Assembly: GCF_006345805.1 (NCBI RefSeq)
Contig: NC_043006.1
Location: forward strand, 75,764,001-75,828,000
From: Octopus sinensis
Lineage: Eukaryota
Direction: 5' to 3'
DNA: 64,000 bases
Under the pieces are notes generated by a model. The model was not told the DNA's origin, ran no database searches, and was given only the letters and a program-made list of their open reading frames with translations. Within the stretch, counting starts at the first letter, position 1. The number at the start of each line of letters is the position of its first letter. Both the position numbers and the translations under genes were made by a program. Shown here in pieces: positions 52,106-64,000 of the stretch.

Positions 52106-54398
52106 AACAGTATAGAATAGGTAAATATTAAAAGTAATCCGAAATGAAGAAAGATAAAAGTCTTGGTATTGAATTATGCCCATACATACGTACATACATA
52201 CATACATACATACATACATACATACATACATACATACATACATACGAAACTACCCTGTTGGTGTTGTTGGAATTTCAATGAAAGAGCCCTGGATGTTGGC
52301 TAGAAACCGGCTCTTTCTGTGTTGGCAAGAAATCTTGGATTAAAACTTAATAATGACATACATAAATACATACTTTACAAGGCCAATGGGTTAACACGTT
52401 AGTTTTTGACCTGCAGTTTCAATTTAATGAAAGATAAAAAAGGGTACATAATCTAGAATAGCTGTTTTATTTTAGATAGACAGATAGATGGATAAAGTGA
52501 GAAGGAGAGAGGGAGAGGGAGGAGAGATCGAAATATAGATAAATAGAGAGACTGCGAGTGAGAGAGATTGGGAGAGAGAGATTTGAAATCACAATTCAAG
52601 AAAACATATTAACGCCAGTTCTGTTTTTCTTTATTTTTATTACACATTATCAACTGTGCAATTCTTGTAGAGACTATAGTCTGTTTGACTATTTTCCTTC
52701 GGCAAATAATCCGACGAGGTTAAAGTTCTTATTTGGAACCCAAATAAGATTTATTTTGCGCATTAAGGATTCAGAATTGGCGAAACTTACATAAAACATC
52801 TCTTGACAGACGAGAATATCTCAACAACTGGTCTGAAAGTAGGGTACATAGTAACAACAGCAACGAAGCCATATAAATGCTTAAGCAATTCTATTTTATG
52901 AAATAGCTGAAACTGTATGTTGTAAATCTTATTTTGGCGCTATATTTGTACATTTGTCGCATAAACAAAAAGCTATATTTATAGAACAATTAAGAATAGA
53001 AGCGAAATATTTATTGGCCCTAGAATTTATAGAAACAAAGAGTTGTTCTAATCGTTTTTGTTATTGTTTTATTGACCCTAGTAACAAGTGAGAGAAGAAC
53101 GAGTAAAATAGAAGAAAAAAAAACTGTTTTAGTCTGACATATCGGATTAAAGCTTATCTCTTTGTTTGCGATAAATTCTATCATTGCTGAATTTAACGAT
53201 CTCGGCATTGATAGGATCCAAAGTTGCATTCGTTACAAAGAATCAATGTCAACTGATATCATTCTATCCAAATGCTATTTTAAACTAATCAATTATTGTT
53301 TTGATAATTATCAAAACAACAATACTGCAACTAATCAACTGAAGACAATATCTTCTAGTATGAATGAGCAAACATGGTATGTTACATTTAATATGTTTGT
53401 TACGCATATTTACCTAAACACTTGTAATAAAATTAATTAAATTGAATTATAATAATGTGGCTTAAATATTGTTTACTATTAACAATAAATGTTAGATTGT
53501 GGCAGAGGATACTTCTCATTACTAATATTTATCGGCAAGTAGAGAAATTAAAAATTAAATAGTTCTGTTTCTATGGAACACATCAGCATTTGATGCTTTC
53601 CTTATAGAAATACAACAAGGAATTAATCTTTTGAGACGTGAAAGCAACATTATCCCCTTTAATTCGAAGTTATGGTTATTCCAGTAATGATGTTAAACAT
53701 ATGCCAAGAAAATAATAAAAAATAAAAAGCAGAATTAGTATTTTTCTGCAAGACAGATTGCCTCAGTAAACATGACTTAACTCAAAAGGAAATAATTTCA
53801 AAAATACCATCGCTTACCAAAAGTTAGGTTGGTATGCAAAACTATTTTCCATTGTTAATGGTAAATGAAATTTCGAGTGACAGCACTGGTTTAAACAAGA
53901 AGACACTTGCCCAAACTCCCACACAACCACGTTTGCGCCTGTTTATCAATATAGGCGTAGTGTGGTAAGTAGCTTGCTTACCAACCACATGGTTCTGGGT
54001 TCAGTCCCACTTTTAGCACAAGGTCAGGAAGATAAGGGAAACGGTTGAGTCGTTCATATCGACCACAGTACTCAATTGGAATTTAATTTATTGACTACGA
54101 ATGAATGGATGTCGAAACAAGGGAATTTTGAACACAGGAGTATATATGAGTATATGTTATGTGCTTTGCAACAGTATTGATGCACTTTAGCTCCTATTTC
54201 TAGCAATGTAGGTATTATTCACACCTTAGTCAAGTATAGTTGATGCGTATAATTTTCCTTTACGGTATAACGTTGGAAACAACTGCTTATAAATTTTTCG
54301 TAAACACAATAGCGATAAGCTAAATCAGCCATAGATTTTCATGGTGAATATATATACTCTGATAGGCGAGGTAGCCCAGAATAAACTGAACGAGCTGG

Positions 54399-54450
54399 CT
54401 TTACTGAAGATGGTTGCGGCAATAGCCGAAACTCACCGGTCAGTCTAAGG
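54399..54450 (+). ncRNA. Type I hammerhead ribozyme motif
   Basis: RNA CUUUA-CUGAAGA-U-GGUUG(CGGCAA)UAGCC-GAA-ACU(CACCGGUC)AGU-C^UAAGG. Confidence 0.72.
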
Positions 54451-54640
54451 AATTTTCGATTCGGTGTTCGGGGCGGTTGCAGCCCTTATCAGAGTATATC
54501 TTATGTGCTTCGTAACAACATTGGAACATGTTAGCTCCTATTTCTAGCAATTTAAATGTTATTCTCAAACTTAGTCATGTTTAATTGACGATTATACACA
54601 CACACAGACACACACACAACACACACACACACACACACAT

Positions 54641-54671
<31 letters not shown>

Positions 54672-55262
54672 AACACACACACACATATATTTATTGAGAG
54701 AGAGATGTATGTATGCATTCACGGACCACCTGCTGTTACAAATAAGATATATTGTATATACAGCTGTGTTTATGTGTTGTCCTATTATTCAATTTGTTTC
54801 CTATCTACTTACGAATTTTATAGAATTCGTTTTTGGCAAGTATATATTAGAGTGAAAGCGATTCACATGACAATGGAAACTGCGTAAGATAAAAACCGCA
54901 AATTGCTTTCACAAAGAAGAAAAAACATCTGCCTGATGAGCATAAATCTAGGAGTCATGTGTGGGAGGTAATGTCAACACCAGTCCTTGAGACAGTCTTG
55001 CAAAAAGTAGTAGCAAGACACACAAAAATCACTTCATTAGGAAGATGTGACCAAGAATGTTTAGAAACGTTGATAGTAGTTTGGAGGAGATTACGTTTTG
55101 CAATTAGCTTTTAGGAATGAACTAATATAAATGTTAATAAAAATATGAAAAATTTTAATAAAAACGTGCACAAAATCACGCGCATACAAACATGCACATA
55201 TATATATGTATACATACATGGTTGTATATATACATACATATATATAAATATGTATGGAGGAA

Positions 55263-55277
55263 TCTATCTATCAATCA

Positions 55278-55353
<76 letters not shown>

Positions 55354-55354
55354 G

Positions 55355-55422
<68 letters not shown>

Positions 55423-55438
55423 CCTACCTATCTATCTA
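55263..55438. repeat. (TCTA)n microsatellite
   Basis: Seen directly. Confidence 0.97.
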
Positions 55439-55592
55439 TGTATGTATATTTTTTTTACCTTCTGTGCTTTTATATATGTATTCTTTATATGTTACAGACC
55501 CTGGTAATATTTATATGTGATCAAATGTATGGAAGCGTGTCGTTATATAAAGTTGTTGACTCGAATTTAATGTTTGTTCTCTAATCCCTGTT

Positions 55593-55661
<69 letters not shown>

Positions 55662-55739
55662 CATGAATACAATCAAACTTACCAATAGTTCTACAAAGCT
55701 CCAAAATTGGAAACCTATTAAACAAATACTGCACAAGAA

Positions 55740-56222
55740 ACAATTAACGCCAAGAAAAAAATCTGAAAAAACAGCTGACAAGAGCAAAATTCTCATCAGA
55801 GAATGAAACCGAATTCTTTGTGGAAGAATGTGGATATAGTAGATGTGGGTTCCGCAGTTACCCCATCTACAGATATATAGATGAAAACGGCCAAATAAAA
55901 TTTACTAGTGGACACACATTCAAAATAAATGCAAACATGAATTGCAAAACGCAAAAGTTAATATGTTGCATAACCTGTCCCACATGCAAGAAGAACTATA
56001 TAGGGGAAACTGGCAATTCTTTATGCCAACGAGCCAGAATTCACCGACAACATATCCGACAGGGAGAGCTACAAAAATTCCACTAAGTAAACACTTAGAA
56101 ACATGTGGAGAAGGAAGAATCAAGATCTTTCCCTTCTATAAAAGCCCAAGGAATAATACCTTCTTCAGAAAAAATATGGAACAACACTTCATAGTGTAAT
56201 TCTCCCCCAAACTGAATGGCTG
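55740..56222 (+). mobile_element. Degenerate Penelope-like GIY-YIG fragment
   Basis: CGYSRC...NMNCKTQKLICCITCPTCKKNYIGETGNSLCQRARIHRQHI, then after a frameshift IPLSKHLETCG...IFPFYK...EQHFI.*FSPKLN. Confidence 0.88.
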
Positions 56223-56377
56223 AAAATATGAAAATCACATCAACTTCCTTATAAACCCAACTGGAACACTAAGATATATGCATATGTGTGTGTGCGTATG
56301 TATATACTTATATAGAGACATTTTTGCATCCAGATTTTCGAACCCATACCAGCATGGGAATGAAACATTTGACAATA

Positions 56378-56430
<53 letters not shown>

Positions 56431-56444
56431 GTATATATATATAA

Positions 56445-56771
56445 GGCGCGTGGCTCAGTGGTTAGAGCGTCGAGCTTACGATCATGAGGTTGTGAACTCG
56501 AATCCCGGACCGGGTTGCGTGTTGTGTTCTTGAGCAAGACACATTATTTCACGTTGCTCCAGTTCACTCAGCTGTAGAAATGAGTTGCGACGTCACAGGT
56601 GCCAAGCTGTATCGGCCCTTGCCTTTCCCTTGGACACATCGGTGACGTGGAGAGGGGAGGCCGGTATGCATGGGCGACTGCTGGTCTTCCATGAAACAAC
56701 CTTGCCCAGACTTGTGCCTCAGAGAGTAACTCTCTAGGTGCAAACCCATGGTCAGTGTCTGACCGAAGGGG
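56445..56771 (+). mobile_element. tRNA-derived SINE type D, full length
   Basis: A-box TGGCTCAGTGG, B-box-like GAACTCGAATCC, TGTGTTCTTGAGCAAGACAC domain; body shared with 24775. Confidence 0.88.
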
Positions 56772-58464
56772 ATCACTATGTATATATAGTCACATATACG
56801 TAAGCACACCACAGCGCTTATAATGCGTTGAGTGAAAAATAATTGGTGTGAAAATAAATCACGAAGTATTGATACAATACATACCAACGCCGTATTTCAG
56901 ACAGTATGCGACTGGGAGTGGATGTGCAAAGCTAAATAAAATGACCTGGGTTACTTTGACATGAGCTGAACTACTGTGTCTGGAAGTGATATGTTTATGC
57001 CTGCTTTATCTAAATGGACACGCTCTGTAATGAATGGATATTATTATTTTGATCGTAAAAACTGTTTCTTCTGTAAATGACGATTCAAAAGATATTATCA
57101 GGATTTTAAAAAAATCATCCGCGTGCAATACCTATTTGTATTATCTCGAATGTTATTTCTATAAGAAATCGATTTTTCTTCTACTCTAAACAAACATATT
57201 TCTGTGGTTTTCATAATGAAAACATTCACATCAATCCCATATCTTTTCGCTCTCTCTCACAAATTCACACATCATAATAGAAAATTCATCTACATGTTTA
57301 ACAAAACGATTTACTTTAGAGACATTGGCTTGCAGATTGTTCGTCGATCAACTACAAATATATTTCTCCACGGAAGACAAGTGCAAATTACTTTGTCATA
57401 GCTTCTCTCATAAATCTACACTTATTTTAGTGTTGTATATCCTAACACCAAACACCAAAGCTATTGCATATGTAATATATACTGATATCCATTTCTCTTC
57501 TAATGTGCATATATTCAATCGTCTCAGATTATTTGGTATCCTGTCTTTAATTGGTACTTTCGATTTCCATTATTTTTATCCAAGACTAAGTGATGAAGCA
57601 GATATCGTTTGCTACTTGCATTTCACAGAAAAGCTATGCGATCAACAACATTCAAATATGATTCTTCCTGAAATCCCAAATATATTTCTCCATTTCAACT
57701 CTGCTTCAGACTTACACCTCAATTTACGAAATATATGGTGAAGGAATTACGATCTCGACACTATTTCCTTTTACTGTTAATACCCGTAAATTTAAGCTCT
57801 ATAATATTACCATTAACATTATGTAAAACAACAGAAATTGTCTGCTTTAAAATGATAAAAATGACGTCTAAACTAGAGTTACATACATTGTTAAAAGGCT
57901 TCTCTTTCATTTTCAGCTAACAGATCCTGGATTTACTGTTTTGTAACCAAAGAAGTTTCTCTTGTCAAAATTGATAATTTTCTTTTTAAGTAGAATATGT
58001 ATTTTATTTTGTTGTTGTCTCATAAACTTTATATTGTCATCTGTTGTTATTTTTATTCAATGATGTGTTATTAGGTGATGTATCCTTACATGGTTTTACG
58101 GAGTATTTCAGGTCTATATATTAAAACTTAATCACATTATTTACTTACTGAAGCCCCGTATCAGCCATATTAATTGTTAACACGAGCATGAACTGTGGCT
58201 CTGATAGATTTAAGAGTCTTAAATTATCTTATATACACTTCATCAATAAAGATACGAAAGCTAGCCTCTGATGACCGCAGTTGTTTGGTGTTGTGTACTA
58301 TTTTGGGGAATTTAGAGGCCATCTTCAATTCTGTTTAATCGTTTAGATATTGCATCACATAGCGAAATACTTATTTTTTGTAATTCTATATTTAAGAGAT
58401 GAGAAATTATGTACATTATTTACATTATTTAAATTTGACGGATATTTGTCCTCATCTTGTTGTT

Positions 58465-58510
58465 AATACAACGTTTCGGCTGATATACCCTGCAGCCTTC
58501 TTCAGGTATC
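58465..58510 (-). ncRNA. Minimal type I hammerhead ribozyme motif
   Basis: RNA GAUAC-CUGAAGA-A-GGCUG(CAGGGUAUAU)CAGCC-GAA-ACGU-U^GUAUU. Confidence 0.72.
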
Positions 58511-58559
58511 TTGGGGAAATTTCGAACCTGGGTTCTCATTCCGATATTATTGTTGCTGG

Positions 58560-58779
<220 letters not shown>

Positions 58780-58799
58780 AGGTCACTGCTTGGAATCGG

Positions 58800-58930
58800 A
58801 CTCGATTATTCTTTGTAAGCCTAGTACTCATTATATCGGCCTCTTTGCTTGAAACACTAAGTTACGGGACGTAAGCACACCAACATCGGTTGTCAAGCGA
58901 TGGTGGTGGGACAAACACAGACACAAATAC
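58800..58930 (-). mobile_element. SINE type C, 3' half, followed by a long (TA)n tract to about 59128
   Basis: GTAAGCCTAGTACTCATT...CTAAGTTACGGGACGTAAGCACACCAACATCGGTTGTCAAGCGATG. Confidence 0.85.
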
Positions 58931-59016
58931 ATACATTCATACATGTATATATATATATCTATGTATATATATATATACATATATACATACGTGTATATGT
59001 ATAAATATATATATAC

Positions 59017-59132
<116 letters not shown>

Positions 59133-60065
59133 TAAGTGCCAAAATTTGAAAATAATATTATGATTACTTATATTCTTTGTCATATAGCTTAAAAATTCAG
59201 TACAATGGAATTCCTTAGAAACATTATCGTGTCTCACATATTTTCTTGCAAGGAATATAATTCAAAATCCTTCAAAATCGTGATTATTGAAATGGAAAGA
59301 AAATTGTTTTCTATACTAATAAATTCTGAAATGCTCTTTAATATCTAATATGGTACAAACGCAGAGGAATGAAAGTAATTGAAATCTATCTGACTCTAAA
59401 TTCCTCTCGTATTCAAGTTCAATTTGCAAACATTTATTTTGCAAACCAGACGAAAATTTATGTATTTTTAATGGTTCAATAGAAGAGCCAGCGACACAAG
59501 TAAAGAGGATGGAACTATGACTTATAATTTGTCCTAAAGTATCAATCAACGCATCAAAAGTTTGAGTCATCCTCAGAATGGATACACTGTTACATTGAGT
59601 AACAGATGATCTTTTCCATCCAAAGACAATTGGACAAACGTCTGGATATTTTCCATATACATTATTTCAGTCATATGTTTTTTGATTGACCAGAGGTGGA
59701 AGAGATCTTCCAAAATGGCTGCACAACGAAATCGAATTCAGAACCTCGACAGGCCTAACTATGTATCAATATTTTTTTTAACACATGCGCATGTATCAGG
59801 AAAATCGATCGATTCAGATATATTCTCATATACGATGCAATTTTCTTTTGGTGTCTAACAATATAACACAATGTTATACAATATTCCTCTCATGCACAAT
59901 CATTCTAACATTGTTTTCTGTATTCATATTTAGGCAGGAATATATTACAAATTCTAAAAAATCAACAGCAACAATAAAACTTTTATCTAATAGTCGGGGA
60001 ACGACATTTGATAATGAAATATTTAACAATGCATCCGAAGATTATATAAATATAATTAAAATACA

Positions 60066-61500
60066 TAAATATATATAAATATATGTTATTGACAATGAGA
60101 TATCAGAAAGAAATTCTTTCTTTCTATTGTTATAAAATCCTTTATGTAAAAACTGACAGGAAAAATGAACGAGAACCGCTTTTGTGTTAAAACGTTTGCA
60201 TTCTACATAGTGACAATGTGCTGATCAGCAAATCTTGTTTTATATGAGGTGATATGAAATATTATCAGTAGTTATGCGACATAAAACTCACATTTTTGTG
60301 ACACTAAAACATATTTCCATATATTTCTTGACCATATTAGATTAATGAATTCAAAATGGTTTCGTAGCCGTTTTTGCTGTGATATCTATAAAGAAAATAA
60401 GATAATAGCAATGTTGTAATAGATTGTTAACATAAAATATAACCAACAAAAATAATATATGCTACCACACGTGATTAATTTTCAGAGGTCAATGAATTTT
60501 CATCAATATATAATATGATAAAACTTAATATCGTGGCGGGGAAAGTGTTATCTTATACTGTATTTACAAATAAACATAGAAAATAGTTATAAGTTAATGC
60601 GTTTATTAATTAGAGCTTACGTTACAAAAATGATAAAAATATGAATGTTGGTGTTTTTTGTACAGTAATCCCTCGCTATCGCGGTTCACCTATCGCGATA
60701 CACCTATCGCGATTCACCTATCGCGTTTTATTATTTAAGCTTGCGTCGGTTCCTCTGTGGTGCTGTTCTGGATTTATAATAAATATATATAAATATATGT
60801 TATTGACAATGAGATATCAGAAAGAAATTCTTCTTTCTATTGTTATAAAATCCTTTATGTAAAAACTGACAGGAAAAATGAACGAGAACCGCTTTTGTGT
60901 TAAAACGTTTGCATTCTACATAGTGACAATGTGCTGATCAGCAATCTTGTTTTATATGAGGTGATATGAAATATTATCAGTAGTTATGCGACATAAAACT
61001 CACATTTTTGTGACACTAAAACATATTTCCATATATTTCTTGACCATATTAGATTAATGAATTCAAAATGGTTTCGTAGCCGTTTTTGCTGTGATATCTA
61101 TAAAGAAAATAAGATAATAGCAATGTTGTAATAGATTGTTAACATAAAATATAACCAACAAAAATAATATATGCTACCACACGTGATTAATTTTCAGAGG
61201 TCAATGAATTTTCATCAATATATAATATGATAAAACTTAATATCGTGGCGGGGAAAGTGTTATCTTATACTGTATTTACAAATAAACATAGAAAATAGTT
61301 ATAAGTTAATGCGTTTATTAATTAGAGCTTACGTTACAAAAATGATAAAAATATGAATGTTGGTGTTTTTTGTACAGTAATCCCTCGCTATCGCGGTTCA
61401 CCTATCGCGATACACCTATCGCGATTCACCTATCGCGTTTTATTATTTAAGCTTGCGTCGGTTCCTCTGTGGTGCTGTTCTGGATTTATAATAAATATAT
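60066..61500. repeat. Tandem duplication, ~712-714-bp unit
   Basis: Duplicated ORF MNVGVFCTVIPRY at 60641 and 61353; the units differ by two 1-nt indels seen by eye. Confidence 0.95.
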
Positions 61501-61616
61501 ATATAAATAATAAAAATATAAAAAATATACAGTGCAGTACTGTTTCTACTTCGAGTATTTTCATCTATCGTGCGAGGTTTTGAAACGTAACACCCGTGAT
61601 AGTCGAGGAATTACTG
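61375..61616. mobile_element. pogo/Tigger-like MITE with TA target-site duplication
   Basis: TA|CAGTAATCCCTCGCTATCGCGG ... CCCGTGATAGTCGAGGAATTACTG|TA; internal 14-nt unit (T[T/A]CACCTATCGCG[A/T]) x3; the left half is also present at 60663-60779. Confidence 0.88.
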
Positions 61617-62764
61617 TATTGTTCCATTATTGTATTCGAGATTACCTGTAACAATGATTTTAACAGAACTTATGGTTATGATGTACAACCCCCATGTAAA
61701 ATGCATTCTACATGTTTTAGTTGATTTATTTGTACTCCTATCACTGTTTTTCAATATGGTAACGCAAGGACTTTAGTATTCAAGCGGACATAGCCACGTG
61801 GTTAGACTGTCAATTCACATCCACATATTATACATTCTTCAGTACCTGTATGGCACCTCGAGTAAGTGCATTTTGCTGTAGCCTTAGTTTAACCTATGCT
61901 TGGTAGAGACACTGTGCTTTCATAGAACTCTTTTAATTTCTGGGAAATTTTAGTCACAAATGTGCTGTGAATATCGATCGAGTTCTTCGGGAAGTACTCC
62001 CTTCATGATGACTACTCTAGCGGCCTAACATACTTCAAAGAAAATCTGACTATGAAATGCTCAGTACATAAAAACAATACTATGTATGGTTACGTTTCCT
62101 GAACACTTGAAGATGACTGCAACATCGACATGTAGAATACTTACTGGAAACGTGACCGCTATATTACACTACATTTCGTAGGTAATGTGCATGGAAACCC
62201 AGAACAGGACATTGCTACAAAATACCTAATAAACAGAAGAAACAGTAAAGCCCATGGAGCCCAAAGATACAAGCAAATAAGTCAATTACATACCATATGT
62301 CAAGGACATTACATATGTCCTTGACATATGTAATTAGCAGCTACACAAAAATGGCATCAATGTACTACCCGTCTAACCCAATGCGAATTGATGATGTCAC
62401 TAAAACAATATACAATGCCATGCGGAAACAAGACTCTCCTGGGGGATAAATATAGAGAGACCGCTGGTATTTAATACACACATAAACGTCAACATCAAAA
62501 ATATTGGTAGATCATTCCCATCAAAAACTCTAGCAAATTCAAAGATCACAGCCCGGATAACATTATTGGGAATTGATAAAAGAAAAAAAATGTATCGCCA
62601 GGTACCTCGCCAACGTGATTATTTCATCGAACAACAAGGAGAAAGACAAGGATAAATGCATCGAAATCTGCAGCTTCTATTCCGGATAATACATTCACAT
62701 TCATAATACCAGTTATTTTCGGTGTGCTTTATTTTATTAGTAAATGAAAAGTGGGAATCTGGAG

Positions 62765-62767
<3 letters not shown>

Positions 62768-62844
<77 letters not shown>

Positions 62845-62985
62845 TATATATATGCACGTATGTATGTATGTAGTATGTATGTATGTATGTATGTATGTAT
62901 GTATGTATGTATGTATGTATGTATGTATGTATGAATGTATGTATGTATGTATGTATGTATGTATGTATGTATGTGTGTCTGTGTG
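62768..62985. repeat. (TC)n/(TA)n/(TATG)n compound microsatellite
   Basis: Seen directly. Confidence 0.97.
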
Positions 62986-63636
62986 TCTGTGTGTTAGAAA
63001 AATGAATCAATCAACTAACATGAACATTACGATAACAAGCGAAACTCTAAACATATGCAAACCTTTCTAAAGTAAGTTTCCTTTTGTTATCCACATTTCA
63101 AAGATGGGAGCATTTAATTGTTGTCAGAGACCAGATATTTTGCGGCAAAATTTCATTTACTTATAAACAGAAGAGAGCTTATATAAACCTGTGCACACAC
63201 ACACACATGGGGAAATATATAGTGATATAATTAGAGCAGAAAGGCACATAAACAAATTAATTTAAAATGTCTACTGTATACTCGGTATTCGGAGAACCTG
63301 TGCTACTTGCATTACAGCCTAGTGAAGTTTCCGTCAATTTAATACCTCCATCGGCAACCGTAAATCGACTACTAAGTTTTATTATCATGCACATAGTAGC
63401 GCCATCGATCTTGCGATTTCTATGCATTCATTATCGCACGAAATTTGGTCTTTATTCTCTTTTATTGAGCGTTCTTGTTAATTTGCTTCGCATGAAAGCA
63501 TTTTCCCAATGTACCTGTGAAATATTCATATGATTGCGATATATCTCTATCTATCTATCTATCTATATATCTATCTATCTATCTATCTATACATACTTAC
63601 ATACATACGTACATACATACATACATACACACACAC

Positions 63637-63678
<42 letters not shown>

Positions 63679-64000
63679 CGTCCCTCTCAAGAATAGGCAC
63701 TTTAACAGCTGATAACTCCGTTTTAATTTCTTTCAGTTTATGTATACATTTTGTGGACACCTGCATGAATGTATACATAGGCACTTATAATCATATTGGT
63801 ATCACTTTAGTATTCGACAAGGTAGTGCATTCTTGTAAACACCCACACATACACATGCACACACACAAGAATTTATAATATATATATATATATATTTACA
63901 TACTATACTGTACTGGGCAACTGGGCAACTGGGAAACGAAAGATAAGCACTTCTTTTTATAAAGATAGCGAAACCAATCTTAATACAAGTTGTCCAGAAA

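Noticed and set aside
57325-57920. 138-aa ORF with faintly leucine-rich-repeat-like stretches
   Set aside because: There is no consistent LxxLxLxxN periodicity, neighbouring frames have stops, and I recognise no homologue.
60663-60730. Regular 14-nt repeats (CACCTATCGCG) suggestive of a CRISPR or iteron array
   Set aside because: There are no spacers, the context is eukaryotic, and they lie inside a TIR-bounded MITE.

Overview
This is AT-rich, microsatellite-saturated eukaryotic DNA, most likely intronic or intergenic sequence from an octopod cephalopod (Octopus-like). That assignment is inferred from my recognition of the tRNA-derived SINE families and the repeat landscape. I cannot support any intact host protein-coding gene, and most ORFs in the track are translations of microsatellites or SINEs. 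The window holds: (i) many tRNA-derived SINE copies of about five types; (ii) R4/Dong-like RLE non-LTR retrotransposons sitting in (AAT)n tracts, including a 5'-truncated, inactivated 2.6-kb copy; (iii) four Penelope-like (GIY-YIG) remnants; (iv) RTE-like and CR1/Jockey-like LINE fragments; (v) two Tc1/mariner remnants, a pogo/Tigger-like MITE and a Helentron/HINE-like element; (vi) two recent tandem duplications of 1.14 kb and 0.71 kb. The most interesting signal is not in the ORF track: a dense set of type I hammerhead ribozyme (HHR) motifs, mostly in short fold-back (inverted-repeat) elements near Penelope remnants and (TA)n tracts. Four have canonical cores. One palindromic family appears to carry a G3:C8 compensatory swap of the catalytic core. 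All RNA folds were done by eye and none of the activities is tested.
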